This document shows, one piece after another, positions 1 to 14,100 of a DNA stretch of 64,000 nucleotides; the stretch's first letter is position 1; every line of letters starts with the position of its first letter. The position numbers and the translations under genes were made by a program. The DNA comes from Geosiphon pyriformis uo1 (taxonomy: Eukaryota; Fungi; Glomeromycota), in NCBI GenBank assembly GCA_016748015.1, contig JAAOMT010000276.1:186001-250000 (forward strand), read 5' to 3'. The notes under the pieces were generated by a model. It made no database searches. It was not told the origin of the DNA and worked only from the letters and a program-made list of their open reading frames with translations.

Positions 1-250
1 TTTTTGGTTAAAATTTTTTTAAAATAAAATATTAAAATTAATTATAATATTATTACTATTATAATAAAAAGTTCCAAAATTTTTAACAATAAATTAGTAA
101 ATAAATTATTGTTTATAATTATTATTTTTATTACTATTTTTTAAATAATCAAGAAAAAGTAACTAAAACATTTAAAAAAAAATTTTAAAAACTTTAAATT
201 CTATTTTTTAAAAAATAAGAGAATTTTTTATTAATTTTACATATCATTAA

Positions 251-251
<1 letters not shown>

Positions 252-297
<46 letters not shown>

Positions 298-536
298 GTT
301 TAACGAGTGTGGTCCAGATGCTATCTAGTGTACATAAACAAGCTAAGTGTTTATAACTAAATGCGTATCACGTGTTTGCTACATATGACTAGCCACTCAA
401 GCCGGCCAAGGCTACACTATACACTTATATTGACACTAACTTCACCATCCAAACCTGAGAAAAATAAACATTTCGAGAACCGAAACGGATCGCAAAAGCT
501 TTATCAATACCTAATATACGGACAGTCTTATTGGAA
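252..536 (-). mobile_element. Short 5'-truncated LINE 3' end (ORF2 C-terminus, 3' UTR, (TAA)n tail)
   Basis: Aligns by eye with LINE 3' ends at ~7441-7690 (-) and ~6360-6600 (+). The (ATT)n run at ~254-293 is the tail. A 9-bp TSD ATCATTAAT lies at 243-251 and 537-545. Confidence 0.85.
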
Positions 537-998
537 ATCATTAATAATAATTATAATATTTTATAATTTATATAAGATTTATTTTTTGCATAATTATAAT
601 ATAAATATAGTTATATAATAATTATTTGAAATATTTAAAATTTTGTTATAAACTTAAAATATATGCTGTATATATGCTTTCAATTAATCAAACATTATTT
701 TTCATTATATATATTAATATTATGTCTTGTTACATTTATCATATGATATTACATTTGAGATTAAATGTAACCATTAAGTTCTGTTGATTAAACAAGTTTA
801 TTTGATGTTGCACAGGTATCGTGACTTAGTCAGGCCTACGATCCTATAATAAATAAAAAGTTGAGGATCAGCGACTTGTACCTTCAAATTGTTAATGATC
901 AGTTGACCACTTGAAACCAGAACCAAAATAAACTTCAAGTTTAATCACCACCGATTAACTTTGGTTTCATCTACCATTTTCATCTTATATTTTCCTTA

Positions 999-2726
999 AT
1001 GCCTCGCCACAGCAAAAATAATACCGCACTCTCTTTCTTTACCTATGCGGAAGGTCAAGCGCTCGATTATGGGACCAAAAAGGTACCTTCAGGTTTAGAT
1101 CGTGATTATCAACTCTTCGTTTAAGTTTTGAGGGCCAAGATTTTCAGTGATTTCTTGAATTATTTGGATTACCATTCTTACTAATAGTTATCGATCTTTA
1201 CTCGCAGCAACGCCTTGGTCGTGACTCCATGCGTGAATTTGACGCTTGCTATCTATGTCTACAACGTGCTCGGAGCCCAGTATGTTGCTCTCAAGGTCAT
1301 CTCTACTGTAAAGAGTGCATTTATGAAAACATTTTAGCACAGAAGAAAGAGATAAAACGACAACAGGTTTTGTTAGAGCAGCGGGAAAAAGACGAGTTAG
1401 AAGTGAAAAAACGTAAAGAAGAGCTCGCCAAGGAAGCCATTATCCATGATTTTGAACGACAACAATTGAGGATCGCTCCAAACTCGACCATTAAACGGCA
1501 AGAAAATTTTGGCGAAGGTTTCAAGAAGCGCGAAAAATTTAATGAGATTTCGGTTGAAGGTGCCGGAATCAAGGATGAGGATGTAATATCAAACAATTTT
1601 ACGATTAAAAGTAAAAACTCTGATGAATCAGAAAAAAATATTCAAGGCGTGAATGCTGAGGGCATTCTTGAGCATACTGAGAAGACTATCGAAGTTTCAT
1701 CTCAAGGTTTCTAGAGGTTTCTATTTGGAATCAATTTCTCAATTTTCAATTAAAAAAAAAAAGAATAGCTCAAAACTCAACAAACGTGATTTTTTAAATA
1801 TTTAAGTTGCTGGTCGAAAGCGAAACTTTCATCTTGACGAAGAAGAGCTTTCAGAAATATCCAAACGGGAACAGAAGGAAACTTTACAACGATTGGAGGC
1901 GGAAAGGGTAGTTGATTAAACTTTTTGATTATACTTTATTTCATTTTTTTATGACATATTTTTCATCTGTTTTATTTCCTATTATTAGATTGCAGCCTCA
2001 AAGCCAAAATTGCCTAACTTTTGGCTGGTGAGTTATCTTTTACAAGAATTATAGTGTTGATTTGAAATAATTGATAATTTTATTTGTGTTCCTATTTAGC
2101 CCTCACTTACTCCTTCCGCTGAACCTGACAAAATTCCTTCAGTAAAATTGCATACCATGTGTACTGCATCCGATCCCGAACATCCAATAAGGTAGTATAC
2201 TCATCAAAAGTGACATTAAATCGCCATGATTTATAACCGTTAATCCATTCTTTTGCACAGCGTTAAAAGTCTCGTTGAAACAAAGTTCACTGAAATTGTA
2301 GAGATAAATGGAAAAACAAAAAACTTTGTGTGTCCTTCATGTCGCAAAGGCTTAACAAATACCGTTAAGATTTCCTGTAAGTCGATTCTTTGATGATTTA
2401 TTATTCACTTATGACATTTCTTTTGAACTCTATAATCTAATTTTCTAATTAGTGCTCAAATCATGTGGGCATGTTATGTGCGGTGTTTGTGTTGATAAAT
2501 TTGTAAAGAAGGCTAAGCGGTGCTTTGTTTGTGAAGAGCGATGCAAAGACAAGGATATTGCCGATATGTCTGGTGAAGGCAAGTTATAATTTGACAAAGT
2601 ATCTGTTGTTTTTTCGAATTACCTTTAAATTTTGTTGAATCCGATTACTTTTTGATAATAGGCACTGGCTTCTCAAGTGGTGGCGGAAAAGTGGTGGCGC
2701 AAAAATTTGATGTAGCGTTCCAATAA
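999..2726 (+). CDS. NOSIP: Nitric oxide synthase-interacting protein (NOSIP)-like RING/U-box protein, 8 exons (approx. 999-1082, 1208-1706, 1807-1907, 1989-2027, 2100-2191, 2261-2376, 2452-2578, 2662-2726)
   Basis: Spliced translation gives MPRHSKNNTA...YG...RLGRDSMREFDACYLCLQRARSPVCC..GHLYCKECIYENIL, LPNFWLPSLTP, CPSC...CGHVMC..C...CFVC and C-terminal EGTGFSSGGG. Six GT-AG introns and one probable GC-AG intron keep the frame. Confidence 0.9.
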
Positions 2727-3785
2727 AATTTTTTTAATTTCACGTTAAGGTATTTCACCAACTGTAAAAAGGCTCTGATTTGATAAGTTTATAAGATTCC
2801 CGGAATTGCCCTATTTATATTCTCAATCTTTTCGATGCAAATGGAGAATGTAAATTTTGAAAAACCTGTTCATAAGCATAGAAAATAAAGGTCTTGCTGT
2901 TAACTTGACGGGAGCGACAATATTTTCTTACTTGGGTTTGATCTTTTTTAAGTTCAAGGCTTTTATTGGTGTAATCTTGAAAGGATGGTCAAACTGAAAT
3001 GATTTAGTTTTTATTGGTATGCCCAAGAAAACTGAATTTCCGAATTAGTTACAAGTAAAAAATTCACATCAAAAAAGATCGATTTAATCGCAATTTTAAA
3101 ATTATTTCTTTGCAATTCATGATGTGTCTGAAAAAATTAATCTGTAAAATCAGTTTTTTAGCATTTTGCAGTTAAATTTTGTTATGACATACATAAAACA
3201 GTTTAATATTTAATAAATCTTCATTTAAAACAAAAGCTTTTAAAAAAATATTGACACTCAACAAATGTTTAAGCTTATATATTGTCCAGTCAAAAAATAA
3301 GTTTTGTTATAATTTTATATATTTAAAATTTATGTATTTATAACAATTATATAATATTTATTTATTATACTTATAATTTATATTAATATAAAAGTTAAAA
3401 CCTCTTTTTCTTTTTTCTTTTTATGATTACATCCAAAGTAAAAATTAAAATAATTGTAACTTCTATTTTTAATATTATTTTTACTAGTTTTAATACTCAA
3501 AAAGTTTTTTTTAAGTAAAAGCAGTTAAACAATACTTTTTTAAATAATATAAATTTAAAATGGTTTTTAACTGCTATTAAAACACCATTTTTGGTTTTGA
3601 ATATTTTTTTTCTTCTATTTGTTTAAATAACTAAGAAAACCAAAAAAGCTAAAAAACAATTTCTCTTTTTTTTTATTCAAAACAACCAACTTTCTTTAAT
3701 ATACCAAAAAAATAAGATATTGGCTTTATTTGGGTTTTTTAATATTTATACTAGTTTTATAACAACTATATCGATTATAATATTT

Positions 3786-6606
3786 AGAAGAGTTTGGTCA
3801 AAATCAAAATATGCAGCAAGTTTATTCGATTCTTCAGTAGTATTCATAAGAATCGCATTAACAGAGTTATGACAAATTTCAGTTTGACAAATAGTTATCA
3901 TGTGCACAATAGTTTAGACCAAGGAGAAATGTTTTCTTTTCTCTTATGGCACATATTTTATGATCCTTTACTGTGTAAAGTCAAGCATCAAGAAAGTGTA
4001 TGTAGGTATAGGTTGAATTCTCATTTTATTTCCAAAAGTAGTCATACTAAGTCTCAGACTAGACTTTCTTCTTTTTTTGCTGCTGGTGCTTTCGTCAATG
4101 ATACAATTTGGGTTGGTAGCAGTCAGAGTGCTATTCAACATATTTTCAATGTTGCTGGCAAATTTTTTTGGATCAATAATATTTCAATTAATAATAACAA
4201 GATGGTGGCCTTTCCTATCAATAGCAGGACCAGTAATTTTTCTCTTTTTATTAGTGGATCACCAATCTCTATTGCCAAAAAGGGTGAATCTTATGAGTAT
4301 TTGGGTATTTTTCTTTCAACTAAGGGTCTCTCAAAGCCTAATTTGGCTAAGGCAAATTCAGATGTTTGTTTTTTTACCAATCTGGTTCTGAAAAAAACTA
4401 TCTCAGATAAGCAGCTCTTGTATTTAGTATTAGTGGTTCTTTATCCTATAGTCAGCTATAAAACACAATTCAGTTTTGTTCCTGTTGGTATGTACAACAA
4501 GTGAGATGCTCTAATTTATAGAGGCTTGAAACTTAAATCTAATCTACTGTTCAACTTTTTTAGTGACATAATTTATCACTTTTTCTTTTATGATTTGAAA
4601 TCTTTCTTACAAATTCAGTCTAAGAGTAAAGTTGCTTCCCTAATTAATTTTGTGAACTCTGATGGAGTCTTGAGTTGCTTGTTTTCTTATAGGTCACATG
4701 ACTTATAAGTTCTGTGTTGGTATCCTGTTTATCCATTGAGTTCTTTTTTTCATATGCATGTTAGTGCTTCAAATAACTTTCTGGCAGGCATGATTTGTAT
4801 TCTTTTTGATTGCAATTTGTCCTTGGGTGGCTTTTTGGCCAATTTTTTTCAGTTTTATGGTGGAATTCCCATGTCTGCTGTTTTGGATGAATCAAGATTT
4901 CTCAAGTTTCTTCACTTTTTCCATCAGTATGGTGTAGCTTTTGTGGATTAACTTTGAAATAGTCATGATGCTGTATTTAACTAGTGTACTTTTAGGCAAT
5001 GGAAGAGGCTAGACCCCCATGGTCTTGTTTCTAAGTGGTTTAAGATTTCTGTGATATTTTTCAATGATTTGGCTTTCTCTTCTGCTCATTTCTTGGTTTT
5101 GAGTAGGGTTGGTCCTTTAAATATTTTTAACTCTGGTAATTTTGTATCTATTTGTAACTATCTCTTTCAGATTAGTTCTGGTAGTTTATCTGTATATATG
5201 GATGGGTCTTTGAAGAATTTGGGCACAGTTGGCTATAAAGCTGATGCTGCTGCTTTTTTTGAGAACATTAATTTGGGTTTGGATATTGGTATATCAGATT
5301 TGATGTTGTCAACTATGGCAGAATTATAGGCTATTGTATTGGCCCTAAAGTATATTCTCATATCTAGTTTTGTTTACTTATTTTCGGATAGTCAATCTGC
5401 TTTGAATGCTTATAAGTTGGAATTGGGTCTGGTGTGTTCTGACTTTCACAATAAGTGCTAAGTTGAGCATCAACATATTGTTAATGTTATTTGTAGTAAG
5501 AATTTAAAGGTTAGTTGGCACAAGGTAAAGAATCACTCTGGCATTTCAAAAAATGAACATGCTAACATGATTGCTGATGCTGCCTTTCTTTTTAGTTGGT
5601 GTTTTTCTCTCCACTTGGATGAATGCTTCATAATGGCTGATGAAAATGTTATTTCTGGCAATTCTAGACATTTTGTACGTGATATTTATTGTTTTGTTTA
5701 TTATATATGCTGGGAAGTTGGTTTTGGTTCCAAGTTTTTGACAGGCAGTTTGATTTTTGAGGTTGATTGGCTTTGTTTGTCTTTGGTGTGACATCTTGAC
5801 TTGCATATGGCTGCAGGTTTCACCAGCAGACCCTCGGCTAATACATGCACTTATTATATAAAAGCTTTGCATCATTAACTACCAGTTACCATGCAGAAAT
5901 GCCTTTATAGTAAACTTTATCTTAATGTATTATGCTTATATTATGGTAACATTGAGATATTGGATTATGTGTTTTCTTGTAAAATCAATAAATCTGTTCA
6001 ATGTCAGATGTTGGAATCTTATGTAAATTTTTAGAAAGTGGTTTTCAGTTTTTTTCATTCTTCTTCAGGTGTATTGCAACTGCTGTCATCCTGTGTTTTT
6101 GATTCCACAGTGTTTATGGCTTTTTGTAAGAGTTTTGTTTTTAATAGTTGGTTTCATAAAGCTGTATCCATCTTTCATGATCCCAAAGTCACTGATTTGG
6201 AGATTGTTAAGTTTGTATGCTCTCTTGGTTTAGCTTTCAGAAAAGATGTTTGGTCAGTTCATGTTAAACATCAAGCTTATATGGAAAGAAATGGGTTGAT
6301 TTTACTTGATGGTTCAGCTCTTGTCTCAGTTTCTGGTTTGGTTTCAAGGTTTTCTGCTGGGGTGGTCAAATTGCTTGGCATTACTGATGCTTTTGGTATT
6401 CAGTTTGGCTTTCACAAATCTTGTTTATTTTTTTCAGGTATAAGTGATTTGGTTTTAATTCACATAGCTGTATAGTGTTGTTTTGATTGGCTCAAATGGC
6501 TGGTTACATATAGAAAGAGCATAATTTATGCTTAGTTTAGATTATTTTTTTGATGTATAGCACTAGGTAGTGTTTGAACCTCATTTGTTAAGCAAATAAA
6601 AAAAAA
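3786..6606 (+). mobile_element. 5'-truncated LINE (RT C-terminal half, RNase H, Zn finger, poly(A)), inactivated by stops
   Basis: Motifs LDQGE..S.LLW.IFYDPLL, AFVNDTIW (decayed F/YxDD), YLGIF, VYMDGSL..STMAEL. Poly(A) at ~6598-6606. 12-bp TSD ATTATAATATTT at 3774-3785 and 6607-6618. Confidence 0.92.
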
Positions 6607-9600
6607 ATTATAATATTTTATTTAAATTTGGTTGTAAACAATAATTTTTTTATTTATTTAAATAATAACAATAATAATTTATTTATTAATACATAGTTAA
6701 ATTAATTAATATATTAAATTTTGTGTGATTTTTACTAGTTTTAAAAGTTAAATAAATCATGTTTTTATATGTAATTTTAAATAAATTATATTAAGTTTGT
6801 ATTTTAATTTTTGTATAAATTTTTTTAATATAAAACTAGTTTTTAAAAATAATATCAAATTTTTTATATTAAGAATTTTTTAAATACTGTTATTAAAATT
6901 AAGCTTGTTAATTTTATTTATTTTTTCATTCTTAAAATTGTTAAATTTTTAGTAAATTCTAAATTCACATATTTTTTTATTGTTATTATTTTGCAAAATA
7001 TTTTTAAAAATATTTTAATTAATAATATTAAAAATATTTACAGTATTTTTAATAAAATTTTTTATATTAAATTAAAGTTTATTAGTATTTAATAATATGT
7101 TATTGTTTATTTCAAATTTTTAATATTATTACAATTGTTTATATTTGTTAATTAATTTTAATTAAAAAAATTTATTATTTTATATAATACTTTTAAGATC
7201 TAATTAATTGGTATTATAAAACTGTTATTTTAATATATTAATATCAAAAATTCTAGTTTAAATTATAATTAATTTTTATAAAATTTTTGATTTAGATTAT
7301 TTAATAATAATATTATTATAATATATGTTTTTTTTGATTTTTGTTTATATTGTATATGATATATTTTTTTTAAAGACTAATTTTAAATTCTATTTTTTAT
7401 TATTAAAATTTTTTCTGAAATTAATTAAATTTTTTTTTTCCCACTTTTATTGAGTAAAGTCCAACTGTTATCTAGTACATAGAGCCAAACTAAGTGATCC
7501 AAACTAAATGCAATTTACATACTTATGACATATGGCTAGCCACTTAGGCCAGCCAAGACAACACTACACACCTATATTAACACTAATAATATCACCTAAA
7601 CCAGAAAAAAAACAGCATGGCAAATGACAACCAAAACTGATAGTAAATGAATTGACTACACCTAGCATTCTTACCACTTTACCCAACAATATAGAAGAAA
7701 CATCACGAGACAGACCAGAAACAACACTACCATCAACAACTAAACCAGTCTTTTCCATCTGCACCCTGTGTTCAGACCTCACCAACCATGCCTTCACATG
7801 ATGTAAATCAGCTACAAATTTAATAAAATTGACAACCTTACCAATGGCCTGCTTCTTATCATCAAATACCCCCCGAGCTTCCTTGCATTATTCATTCAGC
7901 ATGAAGCCTTTATACACAATAGAATACAAACCAACATCCAAAGAACAGACAGACAATGTCTGCAAAACAGCTGAAGATGACAAGTTACAAAGATCTGCCA
8001 CTAAAACCCAATAAGCAGAAGCCTTAACCAGAACCTCATCATGAACAACAACATTCTGAGGGCATGTGAAGGCATAGTCAAAAAATTCTACTTCACCACA
8101 TAACAGGCACAATACACCAGAATAACCCTTATTATACAGCCTTTTCTGAACAGCTACTGGAAGACACCTGTGCACAGTCTTCATCAAATATGATCGCAAG
8201 TTCAAAGTTTTCTGACCAGTGAATTCAGTGAGCATATGAGAGTCCGGATGCCAAATCTTTGTGATAGAAATTCAGTCTACACAATCAACTAAGTCATCAG
8301 GTATCACACCCACACCAGACCCAGCCTCTCAGTGAGCATGATTAATAGATCAAAAAATGTCCCTTACAAAGTAGTGGACATTGCCAGAGATTGCCATGTT
8401 TTCAGCCACCAAATAATGTTCATGAACCTCTGCCAACAAAGAGAAGGGAGATCGAGCAGCTTCCTCAGTAGCCAAATCAGTCTTGACATTGCCTAAAATG
8501 CCAGAATGGCCTTTAACCTTAACCCAAACCACCTCGAAATCCTTTTTTTTAACCAAATTGAAAATATGGCATCTCTTCAACCAGCACCAATTATGAAAGT
8601 TAGGCATAGCACAAGACAATTCTGACAAACAGACATCGATAGCAGCTTGGCTATTAGTATGCAAAATCACTCAACAAGAGGAAGGTACACACTCAAGAAC
8701 CAATGCAACAGCCTGCAATTCAGCCAGAGTAGAGGATAACAGACCACCAATCACAACTCCAACACTCTCATCCAAAACCAGAAAATATGTAGCAGTGCTA
8801 CAAGCAGCATCAACTGAGCCAGCATTTCTCAAGGATTCATCAGTATATACCTCAAAGCAACTAGACCAGATATTATGCAACCCATCTTTCACCAGAGAAA
8901 ACACATTAGAATCTAAAATGTTCATATCAACAGACTGAACAAAACCAGCAGAACTGGAAGCAGAAAAGCCCTGAACCAACAGAAACTTGGATGTAACTAA
9001 AAACCAGTATGGCACAGGGCCCTGTGGGTCCAACTTCTTCCAACAACAAAAAGTTTTCCAATCTAGCACATGGCCTTTTTTATCCAAAAGTTGATCACCA
9101 AAAGCAACCCCAAAACGCTTCAGGGAGTGAACAAAATCAAATACTCGGAACTACCTAGAATTGACAAAAGTGGAAAACAATCTGGACTGCAAAAGGCATT
9201 GGAAAGATTGTTAGCCAAAGAAAGCTCATTACTCAAAAAAATCTTCACAATCCCAGCCAAAAAGTTGTTGACCAGACTAACATGCAACTTGACAGGAAAT
9301 TGCAAGGGATCCAAAGGAGCCCAGTCAAGAACCTGCAAGTCTAAAAACCTATAATCGAACAAATACCCAAGAACCCCAAAGACATTAGAAAAAGACACCA
9401 AAGCAGCAATCTTCCCTTCAGATTGCATTTGTTCAAAAGTTTTCAAGCCATACAAAAAAGGGTGATGTAAGGCAGTATCCAGAAAATTATGAGACAAACC
9501 AGCTTTGAACTTAAGACCCTTTCTAACCATAACATCCCATTTGCGACAAACACCAGATGAAACATAACTAAATTGAGTCCAATAACTAACAATAGGCTGC

Positions 9601-10154
9601 AAAACAGCTGAAACCAAATATGAGAACTGCTTATCTGTAATAGCCTTTCTGAGCATGACGTTAACAAAAAAACAAACATCAGAATGAGCTTTGGACACAC
9701 TAAGTTTAGACAAACCCTCCATAAACAAAAAAATACCCAGATAATGATGAGCTTCACTTTTTTTAACAATCAAGATTGGCCAACCACAAATACTCAGAGA
9801 GGCAACCTTAACACTCTGATTAATGGAAATAGCCACTGTCTTATCATTATTAATAGAAATATTATTGATTTCGAAGAACTTACTGGCAATGTTCAGAGCA
9901 TATTGAGTGGAGGCCTGACAATTCCCAATTCAAATCATATCATTGACCAACACACCAGCTGCCAAATAAGACGTCATCTCACCCACACCCTCAACCCTGC
10001 CTGTCTTTGCAACAAACTTAGAATCAACATGGTATCCACACAAATGCTTGTGTCTTTTTATTTTGCATAAGAGTGGATCATAGAAAATCCTTTATAAGAG
10101 AGGTAAAAAAACTTCACCCTGGTCCAATCCATCATGTACATTATAGCCATCTGA

Positions 10155-11135
10155 TGTTACCAGATGAAATTAGAAATATTGTTTAGCATGAAATTACTCT
10201 TATAAATCTTATTATTAATTAGCATATATTATCATTTCAAATTATCACTTATTATAGTAGCAAAATATATCCAAAATTATCATTTAATTAATAACCCAAT
10301 TTGTACATAACACAAATGTAATCTAATTGCAATGATCAATCATGCAATACCCCGAACTATGTAACATTCAAAAAGTTTGCCGAAATTTGTAAGAAATTCA
10401 CCGAAATAATTGATTATTAACCGAAATATCTAATAGTTTGCAGAAATAACTTGTAGTTCACCGAAATATATCTTTAGTTCAGCAAAATTATAGAAAATAG
10501 CAAAGTTCAAGTTCATAGAATAGTGTTATAACAAGTTGTATAAAAGAAAAGCTTCTCTCTTCGAAAAAATATATCTTACTTTAGATTTATTTCTTAAAAC
10601 TGTTTCTATACACACAAAAAGAAATAAACATTAAATAATTCGAAAAACCAAATTCTTTAATTATTGTACCTGGAAAATTCCCAAAACCCAACTAACATTT
10701 CGAAATTGATTAGCTACCAATTTCAGTAAACTGTTAGTAACTCCAGGCCTAGATAGAAAATATTTCCCTCAACAGAATTCTATTTCTTTTACATTTCTTT
10801 TATTTTTATTTTTTTTCTTATTATAATTATTAGGGTAGCCTACAGACAAGATTCCTGTAGAAGAGTTGACTTTTACAGCAAAGTAACTACACATTTTAAT
10901 GAGCTTTCAGATGAGCAATTCCTGGGAAAGAGTTGATGTTTACTACAACGTAATTACACAAAGTAACTGGCACGGAATTGGCTATTCCACTTATAAGCCC
11001 AGCAGTTCAAATTATAGGAGATAATTTGAAGATAAATTCAGTTACTGGAGGTTCAACCACATCCAGAAAACGTGAATTCACAGCAAACAGACATCAACAA
11101 CAATTAAGAAAAGAGACCAAAAACCTCTGGTAACA
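10155..11135 (+). repeat. 5' LTR of element A (981 bp)
   Basis: Terminal inverted repeats TGTTACCAG/CTGGTAACA; direct repeat of 19186-20147. Confidence 0.95.
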
Positions 11136-11150
11136 TTTGGTGCTCTCTTA
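11136..11150 (+). promoter_or_regulatory. Primer-binding site of element A (TTTGGTGCTCTCTTA)
   Basis: TGG begins 2 nt after the LTR end and is complementary to a tRNA 3' end ...GAGCACCA. The same core occurs in element B. tRNA identity (elongator Met or Ile-UAU-like) is not resolved. Confidence 0.75.
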
Positions 11151-11180
11151 TAAAAATAACACAGCAACAACAAATTCAAA

Positions 11181-14100
11181 GTGGTGACCACACCAAATAC
11201 AGCAACTCTAGAGTATTACCAGTCAATTTACACTCACTGCAAGCAAAGATTCAACATTCTAGACGGAATTGAAGTTGTCAAGAAATCAGTATACCAATAC
11301 ATTGAAAACCGCATCAACAATTATCTTTTTGGAAATTACAATATCTCAGAAGTTAGAAGCAATCTTTACAATAATTTAGCACACTATTCACAGTTGAGAA
11401 CTGAAGACCTTAACAGTGAAACATTTGCCACTTACTTTCAAGAACTTAATTTTAACATTATCAAGTACTGTGAAGAAACATATCTAGTGCAGTCTTAATA
11501 CTCTATTGATTTTGAATTGGAAACAGAAACAAGCAACAAAAGCAAACACAAATTGAAGCAATACTCAAAAACCACTCCAAATACTCCAATACTACTAAAA
11601 ACAACTGCCAAACACTTACAAACACCTGAACAAGAAACAAGTTCAAAACTTCCACTCACCATCACATCTTTTCTAGTTTTACTTACACAAGCACAAACAT
11701 CTAATTCATCCTTGAATCGATTTGTGAGACCAGAAGATTTTACATCACTCAGAAGTCCTACCAGACAGCAAGAACTCCTTCAAACTAGTTCCAATCTTCT
11801 TGATTTTCTAGCTGAAAATCAAAGTGAACACTCTGAGACAGCAGCAAATGAAAAAAACAACTCTAAAATAATTGAAGAAGAATCAATAGACAGTAAAAAC
11901 AAAAAAGACAAAATGACAGCATACATCACAAAAATCTCTGAATTTAATGAAGAAAACATTGAGACCAGTCCCCAAGAATAACTCAATTAAGTTACTAAAG
12001 CTGGAGATGCAAATGAATGGAATACTGCCAGAATGTTAAGAACAATTCCTTACTTTTTCAAAGGAACAGCAGGAGAATGGTTTGAAAACTTGGCTGCTCC
12101 ATTCAATGATTAGGATGCTTTCAAAGCAGTCTTCCTTGAACAGTTTACTGACAATAATACCTCCATCACCCTTCGAATACATTTTCACAATATTAAACAA
12201 GAACCCTCTGAATCTGTTATGACTTATATTGGGAAATTCAACAAACTTCTCAGATGAATTCGCCAACTTGAAACTAATGATTATTATTCTGATGCTCAAA
12301 TCTTGGATCAATTTATCGCTGATTTAAAGGATAAACTGATTAAAAAAGTTTGCCCACATGCCCTAGAAGATTTAAACTCTGCCATTCAGCATGCAAAGAG
12401 ATATGAAATGGCCATGGAAGAAGCCAATTGTACAAAACTTGTGAACTTAGCCATTGGAGAAACCAGCTTAGCAGCTGAAGAGAAAATTGACCAACTTGCA
12501 AAGAAAGTCGAAAACTATTTCACCAACCAACAACAACAGCAACCCCAAAGATATCAACCACCCCAAAGACGGAATCAAAACAACTTCACATTACTCTCTA
12601 ATAACCAGCCTCAAAGTNNNNNNNNNNNNNNNNNNNNTAAAAAGGTTCGCTCACATGCCCCAGAAGATTTAAACTCTGCCATTCAGCATGCAAAGAGATA
12701 TGAAATGGCCATGGAAGAAGCCAATTGTACAAAACTTGTGAACTTAGCCATTGGAGAAACCAGCTTAGCAGCTGAAGAGAAAATTGACCAACTTGCAAAG
12801 AAAGTCGAAAACTATTTCACCAACCAACAACAACAGCAACCCCAAAGATATCAACCACCCCAAAGACGGAATCAAAACAACTTCACATTACTCTCTAATA
12901 ACCAGCCTCAAAGTTGCCATTACTGTGGAATCCCTGGCCACTAGAAAAGATATTGCAGAAAGTTACAACGAGATCAACAAAATAGGAGTAATCAACATTA
13001 CCCTCCACCACAGCAATTTTATTATCAACCACCACTACCAGCTTACTATCCACCAAGATCCCAATACCCAAGTAACTATTATCAGTTCACCCCACAGCCA
13101 ATCCAACAGCAATACCAACAACTATCCACACAACATTATCAAGTACCTGCTCAAAGACTAATTACACAAAATCAATTCATACCACAAAACTGATACCAAG
13201 TAAACAACAATAGAATTAGTTCAAACAACCAATTGGTTCCTCAAAATTCTGCCCAACCAAGACCCAACCACTATCACACTCAACCCAGTTATTTAACAAT
13301 ACCTGAAGAACAGAATTTTCACCATACTGCACTCTCAGAAGATAGAGCTACAGCACAACAACAAAACCCTTCCTATACTCCTACCACAATCTCACCAGCC
13401 AGAATTGCTGAAAATGCCAATCTTTCAGATATATTCCCTTTTGAATTTGAAGCAAATGAATCACCATTCTTGTTTAGCAATGCAGCAGCTAATGAGCAAA
13501 AAGCCATCACTGCAATGTACACAGAAGCTAAAGTAGAAAGAAAGTCAATTTGCTTAATCTTAGACAATGGATCCACCGGAAGTATTATCACATATCAATT
13601 AATGCAGCAGCTAAAAAGAAATGTTGACTGACCAGCTCAGACAGTAATCATTACTGCTGATGGCATAAAAAAAACTCCAGTAGGAGAAATTGACAATTTT
13701 CCGTTCACTCTTGATGGAATTATCATTCCAGTCAAAGTTCTTGTAATAGATGCTCCCCAGTATTAAGCCCTTATTGGAAACAATTGGCTCCAAAAAGCCA
13801 ATGCAAAATTAGACTGGAAAACCCAAAAACTACAAATCTCTTACCAAGGACAACATGTCCAAGTACCTACCACTTGTGGTACATTTAACAAATGCTCTAA
13901 AAAAGCCCCGGCTTTTGAATTTAAACCAGAAGAAGAAAAACCAATAATCGAAACATTCATGACTTTTGGATCAACGTCCAATTGGGCCAATGAAACTGAA
14001 CAAGAACATTTTACACCACACTCCAAACCTGAAACCCCTGGATGGAATATCTCTTACTCAAAGCCTGAACCAAGGAAACAATGCCCCTACATTCCCCTTA

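Noticed and set aside
10905-10935. Hammerhead-like motif in A LTR (CAGATGAG...GAAA)
   Set aside because: The core is CAGATGA, not CTGATGA, and there is no convincing stem II.
12340-12914. Apparent tandem duplication within gag
   Set aside because: It straddles a 20-N gap and is most likely an unmerged contig overlap. Mismatches next to the gap hint at reads from another copy. The TSD and LINE restoration still support element A as one insertion.
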